The notes under the pieces were generated by a model, which was not told where the DNA came from, searched no databases, and was given only the letters and a program-made list of their open reading frames with translations. From the human T2T-CHM13v2.0 reference genome, Homo sapiens: a stretch of DNA of 64,000 bases. Every line of letters starts with the position of its first letter. The first letter of the stretch is position 1. Location of the stretch: the NCBI RefSeq assembly GCF_009914755.1, contig NC_060925.1; one strand, written 5' to 3'. The translations under genes and the position numbers were made by a program. Positions 56,105 to 64,000 of this stretch are shown here, piece by piece.

Positions 56105-57426
56105 GTTATTTGTTACAATTATTTTCTCCCAGTTTGTAAATTATCTGTTTTCTTTCTTTAAAATGTCTTTCATCAACAGAAGTAATTATTTTAATATAGT
56201 TCAGTTTATTAATCTTTTCTTGTATGATTAGTGCCTTTTTGGGTAGATTTTTCAAGGAATTGTTCCCTAGATCAAAGTGATAAAGATATTAACCTACATT
56301 TTATATTAAATGTTTTGAAGTTTTTTATTTTCCCTTTTGGTTTTTAGTCCATCTTGAGTGGATTTTTTTGTGTGTATGTATAGGGAAAAATAGGAATCCA
56401 ATTTCACCTTTTCCATTTCTATAATATTGTGTGATAGATCTATTTTGGGGCTGTCTATTCTAATCCACATTGACCAATTTTTACCGCCACACTGTCTTAA
56501 TTACCATGATTTCATAATATGTTCTGATAGCTGGTAAGACGAGTCCTTCCTCCCTATTTTTCTTCTTCAGAAATACCTGGGATATTCTTGGACCTTTCCT
56601 CTTCCATATTAATTTACAATACATTTGTCAAGTTTTATTTTAAAAAGCCTGTGGAGATTTTAATTGGGGTTGCAGTCAATCTAAAATTAATCTTTTAACT
56701 ATATTGAGTATTTCTATTTATGAACATGATATAAATGTTGCCTTCATTTGTTTAGATCTTCTTTAATATCTTTCAGTAAGTTTTTTTCCTGAACTGTTTA
56801 TTTTGCAAAAATTGTCAGAGCTACAGAATATTCATAAGAGCAGTAAATCAATACCTATTTACCCTTACCACATTTGCCTCAGCTGCCTATATAAGTATTA
56901 ATATGTTTTTTATTCTAACCTCTTTGAGGTTAATTTTCTCCTAAATTATGAAACCTCCCCCTTCCAAATATTTCTACAGGTAACTCCTAAGTACAAGGAC
57001 ATTCTTCTGAATGAATACAACATAATTATCACACTGAGGAAATTGAATACTGATACACTGTTATCCTCTAATATATGATCCATATTAAAAACTCACTAAC
57101 TATCCCTTTGATGACCTTCACAGCTAATTATTTAGCAGATCAGGATCCAATTAAAGATCTCAGATTATGTTTTGCTGTCTTGTCTCTTTTTTCTCCTTTA
57201 ATCTGGAACAGTTCTCTAGCCTGTTACTAACCTATGTGAATTTTTTCTTTTATGATGTTCTTGGAAGTATAGGCCAGTTGTTTGGACAATGTTCTAAAGT
57301 TTGGATTCAAAAGGATTGGGCTAATTTACAGTCCCATCAGCAATTGTTGTATGATTGACCCAATAATTGGGTCAGGCCAATTTACAATTCCACCAGCAAT
57401 TGTATGATTGGCCAGCCTGCACAGCC

Positions 57427-58390
57427 ATGGTTAAGTGAAGCTGGAGAACCCACGCTGGATTGTGGAGGAGCAGGAGGATGGAAGCAACGTGAACAGCTGG
57501 CACTGAGTGGGATGCCACCAGCTGGTCCAAAGAGAAGCTCCAGGAGCTCCTGGTGGTCATTGTTGTGGAGGATGAGGCTGGCCACTGAGAGATCAGCGAG
57601 CTAAAGCAGGTGGAAGGTAAGGCTTCTTGCAGCATCCACAAAGGAAAGGTGATTTTCTTGTGTGAGTGAAACATCAAACTGGGCTGGAAAGGTATCATTA
57701 AAGAATCTGACGTGAAGCATAAGGGATTGATTGAAATACCCAATCTTTCTGAAGAAAATGAAGTAGATGACACCGAGGTGAATGTGAGTAAAAAGAAAGG
57801 AGATGGGGATATACTGAATGATCTTATGAAAACTGCAGGCACTGCTAAGGTCAGGGAGGAGGTCCTTGGAGATTACCTGAAGACACTCAAGACAGAATTT
57901 ACAATGGGAATGGTTTTACCAGTGAAAACTATGGCAACCTAGGAATTGACTGTTAAAAGAAAATGGAGCGAGAATATCTTGCAGGTTCGGGCCTCATCTC
58001 CAGTGGCACTGGGTGTAAGAATTCCCGCTATGGCTCTTCCCATGAGGGCACAGTTTGACGTAACTGTAGAACAGTTGTACAGCATCTTCACTATGAAGGA
58101 TTTGGTGCAAAAATTTTCTAAATCTTCTGCTGTATTAGAAGCTGAAAAGGGAGGGAAATTCCAAATGTTTGTTGGGAACATCACTGATGAATATATAGAA
58201 TCTTTAACAAATAAAAAAATCATAATGAAATGGAGATGTAGGAACTGGCCAGAAGGGCAAATGGAATTACAATTCGACTGTAAAGGAGTTCCTATCTGTA
58301 AAGAAGAGAACATGAAATTCTGTTGGCAGAAGCAGCATTTTGAAGAAATAAAAGATTTACTGCGCTGACCACCCTGAATGTTGAATTAGT
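57427..58390 (+). pseudogene. Processed pseudogene of AHSA2 (Aha1-family Hsp90 ATPase activator homolog 2), coding part
   Basis: Intronless. gccATGG at 57427, then decayed MxK*...WIVEEQEDGSNVNSWH, ISELKQVEG, KHKGLIEIPNLSEENEVDDTEVNVSKKKGDG and GGKFQMF...KWRCRNWPE...FCWQKQHFEEIK. Several stops and frameshifts. Confidence 0.92.
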
Positions 58391-59417
<1,027 letters not shown>

Positions 59418-60085
59418 AATTGTTGTATGATTGTTTCCTCATGATAGATTTAGAGTAAACATTTTTTTTTTGGCAGGAATGATATTATAGATCAGTGACG
59501 TGTATCACATCTGAGGGCATACAATGCTACTTGTCTAAATATTGGTTATGTTAGCTTTAATCACTTTATTGAGGAGATATCTCTCAATAATGTGTTATAC
59601 TTATTTGTACATAGATCCTACACAACTTTGTGTTACATTTGTGCCTCAATACCTTATAATTTTGTTGCTATTAGAGATGGTATCTTTTAAATATTGTTTT
59701 CTACAGTAATTTTTTTGTTGCTGGTGAATAGAACTGCACTGACCTCTGTATATTAACTCTCCATCCAGTTGCCTTGCTATACTCTCCTAATAATTCTAAT
59801 AATTTGTCTACAGATTTTTTTTTGTTTCATTTTATGCAGACAGTTATATTATTTGTACATAGTGACAGCCTTACCTCTCCCTTTCCAATCATTTGTGGCC
59901 GAATGTCTTTTTCACTTATTAGGGCTGAAGTTGTGTTCTCTAAGCCCATGGGCTTCCCTCAGCCACAGCACTGATAGTTCTGTGTAATTATTGCCTGATC
60001 ATTTGCCTATCTCCTTTACTAGCCTGAGAATTCTTAACAAATTGATTGGTCTCTGAATCTATGTTACTCGACACTGTCCTTGGGG

Positions 60086-60318
60086 GCTGTCCTTGGGAGC
60101 AGTAATATGCTAGGGGTTCATAGTAGAGCAGGTCATCACAGCTCTCCATAGCAGGGATGGCCATGTCTATTTTCCAGATGGGGAGACTGGCTCAGAGATT
60201 TAGTCATTTACCTGAAGCCATTGAGTTGTTAACTGGTTTGCCTGGGATTTGAACCTGGTCTGCTGGTTCCAACTCTCTTACCAGGCCCAGGACAAATGTC
60301 TGTTGAAGGATGTCAGGG
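60086..60318 (+). repeat. Chimeric local duplicate of 61073-61126 plus 63294-63473
   Basis: Direct comparison; the second block has 10 mismatches in 180 bp. Confidence 0.92.
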
Positions 60319-60584
60319 CCCAGAGTGGATGCTTGGGAATAACAATAGCCACTTATTGAGCTCTGTGCTATGTTATATAAATAATTTACTTTTAATTTTT
60401 ATTTACTTGTTTTATTTCACCACACCACAGATGTGGTCTATTTCTTTTATTTATTTTTGAAATTAAACATTTCGTCATACCACAGTACAGTTTATATAAA
60501 TAATTTCATTTAATCCTCCTAACAACACTATAAGATGGGTACAATATTATCTGTCTTTTTCTTTTTCTTCAAGAGAAAAAGAAA

Positions 60585-60720
60585 AGTCTTGCTCTGTTGC
60601 TCAGGCTGGAGTGCAGTGGCATGATCATGGCTCACTGCAGCCTTGGCCTCCTGGCTCAAACAGTCTTCCTACTTCAGCCTCCCAAAATACTGGAATTACA
60701 GGTGTGAGCCACCACACCAA
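60585..60720 (-). mobile_element. Alu monomer / FLAM-like element inside a MIR
   Basis: Single-arm Alu similarity. Confidence 0.75.
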
Positions 60721-61654
60721 GTTTATTATCTCCTTTTTGAAATGAGCAAACAGACTCAGAGAAGTTAAGCAACTCACCATAGTAGCTATAAAGAGGAAAA
60801 GCTTGGATTTGAACTCAGATTTAACTCCTAATACTTTTGTCTTAATCACTATTCTGTAATGCTTCCCCAGTGAACTGACAATTGAATGGGTTGGAGGAAG
60901 AATCGAGGTGCCTTCCTCAGTCTCCAGGGGGATTAGGAAGATCTCAGGGTTTTTTTTTTTTCTTTCCCTGGAGAGGTTTGAGCATTAGACTTCTGGTTTT
61001 GGTTAACTCAGGAAGTCCTAGCCGTCTCTCCCGCAACATGCAGAGGCCCATTTTACATTCCAGGGCTCCTCAGCTGTCCTTAGGGGCAGTAATATGCTAG
61101 GGGTTCATAGTAGAGCAGGGTCATCATGGTAGCTACTGTCCTGGGACAGCCCTTATCAATTCAGGCAATTTTGGAGGTGGACTAAGACTTTTCTTTGGGT
61201 CCAAGGAATGAGCAGGCAGTTCTGATTCCTCGGGGATTATGGGGTCACTATCTACCCTAGCGACTTCCCCAGACTTGGCAGCAGATGGTCTGTAAGCCTT
61301 CACCTTGAGAATTCCCAAGAGACAGTCCCTCAAGGGACAGTCTTTGGCTCCTAGTCTTGTGCTGCATCCTTAAGGGGCTGGGAATAACCAGACCTAAGAT
61401 TCAGGGGGTCACATTAATGAGCCTGGAATAGAGCCTAAGGGTAGTCAGGGGTGGGAGGAAATGTTACACTCTCTGTAGCAACATCTGTCCTATAATGCTA
61501 TGGAATAATAGCAATGTCTTGTCCAGGAATCCTGAAATATTACTAGGGGAGATAATTCCATCTCAGACCTAAGCTATATGCTTTCTGCCATATAAGCATT
61601 ATGGTTAACATTGAGCTTCCTGGAAGCTAGGGCACAAAGGGAACCACAATAGAT

Positions 61655-61950
61655 ATCAGCATTTAACTTCATGAAATTCTTGAAGTCCCATAAGATGTTA
61701 ATAAGAGTGTCTGGAATAAGCAGTTCATTAGTCAAATAAACCTAGGAAATACTGCATATACTACACTCCATTCTGTTTGAGGAGTCCTAATGGCATTAAA
61801 TAATGAAGGCTCTGACGCATCTTGCAGCAAAATTTATTTTTTACTCAGTTTCCCAAGTTTAATTGATCATGGAGCCCCTTTCCCATGGAAAATTTATTGA
61901 CGTCTAGCAATAAATCAGCATTTTGAATAGTTCATTTTGGAAAATGCTTA
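61655..61950. mobile_element. Old hAT-Charlie-type MITE remnant
   Basis: Motifs gatgttaataag, gtcaaataaacctaggaaatactg, cagtttcccaagtttaattgatcatgga, ttttggaaaatgct. Confidence 0.4.
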
Positions 61951-62668
61951 TTTATATGTTTTCCTTGTCAGACAAAAACATTTTCTTTCCTGATTTTAAA
62001 TTCTAAGGAAGGGCTAAGTATACCTCGGTTTCCCTGCCAGTTTATTCCTGTTTGACTGTTTGAACCTCCCTCTATCCCTGTAATTTTTTGTCCATACCCA
62101 TGTCCTCAGGAGTTTCTATAGATTTAGGAAACCAGGGTAAGTTTCCTTGGTGGAAACCCAACTATGGTGATCTAACAAGTTTAGTGAGGTGAAGTCAAAA
62201 TAAAGCTTTGGAGGTGAGGGTAATTGTGAAGCCCATTAGGGGTTGGCCCAGGAAACCTGGTGAGAAGGTATTACAATGTACAGCAGTCTCTTGAGAGTCT
62301 TACCCCAATATGAGGTGGTTTCTATACTTGGAGACAGCTGTGGTTTTAGCCTGTGGACTCTGGCGACCCCTTTCCACATTTCCCTGTTCACTGCTTTGGG
62401 GAAGATGGCCTTGAGGGGCAGAAAGGAGGATTATACCAAGATATGCAATAGTTGGAGACCTATTGGTCATTCTGGACGTGGCTTCAGCCTCTGCACTTTT
62501 AGGGATGAAAAACTGGGGGTCTTGGAACAGGCCAACAGAACAGCAGGTCTTTTCTTGTTTCCTCTGGGCACACAGAGTCCCCATCCCATAGCATCAATAA
62601 CTGCCTGAAGCATGACTTGTCTCCCTGACTGGATTGGAGCTCCTCAAGGATGGGGGCAGCTTCTTATA

Positions 62669-62774
62669 TTTCTCATGCCCCTTCCCCACCACACGAGGTG
62701 CTCATGCTGGGTGCTCATGAGCACATACCCAGCCAGCATGAGCACCTAGCGTGGTGGGGAAGGGACATCAGAAA
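62669..62774. repeat. 42-bp inverted repeat with a palindromic loop
   Basis: Arms 62669-62710 and 62733-62774 match at 38/42; loop contains gtgctcatgagcac. Confidence 0.92.
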
Positions 62775-64000
62775 GTGCCTGATCACTAACATTTATGCGT
62801 AGCTCAGGTTTTCTAAAAAGTTCCATAGACATAATCTCATTTGGGATTCACAGCAACACTGTGAAACATGTCAGAGATTATCACCCCATTTTATAGCCAA
62901 GGAAACAAAGTCTCAGAGAGGTGAAGTGATGCATCCAACTTCACACTATTGGTAAGTAGCTGGTGGTCTATACGCTACATCACATCTGCTGCCTTTGGAA
63001 GGATTCACCCTGAGGTTCAATATAAGAGGATTCTTAGTCTAGGTAGGGGGCGGGGAGCTGTGTCTGGTCTTAGCATCCTGCGATTCTCTCCTCAGTGGAG
63101 ACTGCCTCTTTTGACCAGCAGAGGGAAGCATGGAAACACAGAGCCTTCCAAAGCCTAGGACTGTTTAGGTTCACCCTCACAGTATGTGATTAGAGCCTCA
63201 GCAGAGTTCTAGGCAAAGAATACTGACTGCCATTTGCTGCACACCCACTCTGTGCCCAATTACTATAATACATATTATTTATAACTCCTAAAGCAGCTCT
63301 CCATGGCAGGGATGGCCATCTCTATTTTCCAGATGGGGAAACTGGCTCAGAGATTTAGTCATTTACGTGAAGCCATTGAGTTGGTAACTGGTTTGCCTGG
63401 GATTTGAACCAGGTCTGCTAGTTCCAACTCTCTTAGCAGGCCCAGGACAAACGTCTGTTGAAGGAAGTCAGGGAAGGGTCTTCTTCCCTCCCAGCCATCC
63501 TACTTCTCCAAGTTCATACCACACAGTGCTGAGTGCAGCTCCTTAGCTCAAGGAAGAGGTCATGCTGCAGTCCGCCTCCTACCTCCCAATTCTGTCACTG
63601 CTCAGCGTCTCATACCTTCCTTTCCTTTTTTTCTGCACCTCCCTCTACTTCTTTTCCATCCAAAGCTGGGACAGGCAGCAGGCGCATGGGGCCAGAGGCT
63701 GGAACACTGGACTGGGCTGAATCTGGATCTCTGGTCTCTGACCTTGTTGATTATCCTGGTCTTGCTGCTGTTCCCTCTGCTCCCCCAAACCCCTGCATCC
63801 AGGTACTCCTCCATGGCCACTGCCCTAATATAAGCCTCCATCATCTCTTGCCAGCCTTTCTCACTGATGTTCCACCCTCTGGTCCACCTGCATAAATTAA
63901 TATCCCCATAATAATCATATTAATGAGGATCTAACTCCTCACATCGCTCCTCACATAGCAGCCAGAGTGGACATTACTGCCAATGCCTTAATTCCCTTAA

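Noticed and set aside
57712-58368. 76-aa and 140-aa ORFs as a functional Aha1-family gene
   Set aside because: Intronless, TGA at the fourth codon after the ancestral ATG, further stops (e.g. 57940-57942), non-ATG ORF starts and no promoter: a processed pseudogene.
60139-63473. Chimeric duplicate interpreted as a retrocopy of a spliced local RNA
   Set aside because: The skipped interval does not begin with GT (or CT for the minus strand), and there is no poly(A) or TSD.
62276-63895. 110-120 aa ORFs near the right end as the start of a neighbouring gene
   Set aside because: No recognisable protein family or splice-consistent structure; the last overlaps L2-like sequence.

Overview
This is primate (human-like) genomic DNA, not microbial. 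The left half carries the 5' two-thirds of EFCAB14 (KIAA0494) on the minus strand: a CpG-island promoter near 34.4 kb, a ~1 kb leader, and coding exons 1-8 (33324 down to 2015). All eight exons have GT-AG boundaries and join in one frame (1074 nt, 358 codons); the remaining exons, including the EF-hands, lie left of the window. The right half is intergenic and repeat-dominated: a full-length older L1PA nested in an older L1 and itself carrying a mini-L1, a full-length Tigger1, and a processed pseudogene of the Hsp90 co-chaperone gene AHSA2. No wholly new multi-gene system can be supported. The best leads are: (1) a strong-Kozak upstream ATG whose Pro-rich ORF ends at a splice donor in phase with exon 2; (2) an acidic LIR-like motif and Cys cluster in the cytosolic tail of a type II coiled-coil membrane protein; (3) a 35-bp duplication that copies the exon 4 donor; (4) an AHSA2 retrocopy that keeps the N-terminal motif and may record an alternative splice form; (5) a two-piece templated insertion and a nested fold-back hairpin near 60-63 kb. 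Repeat boundaries and subfamily names were judged by eye and are approximate unless TSDs or TIRs are quoted.
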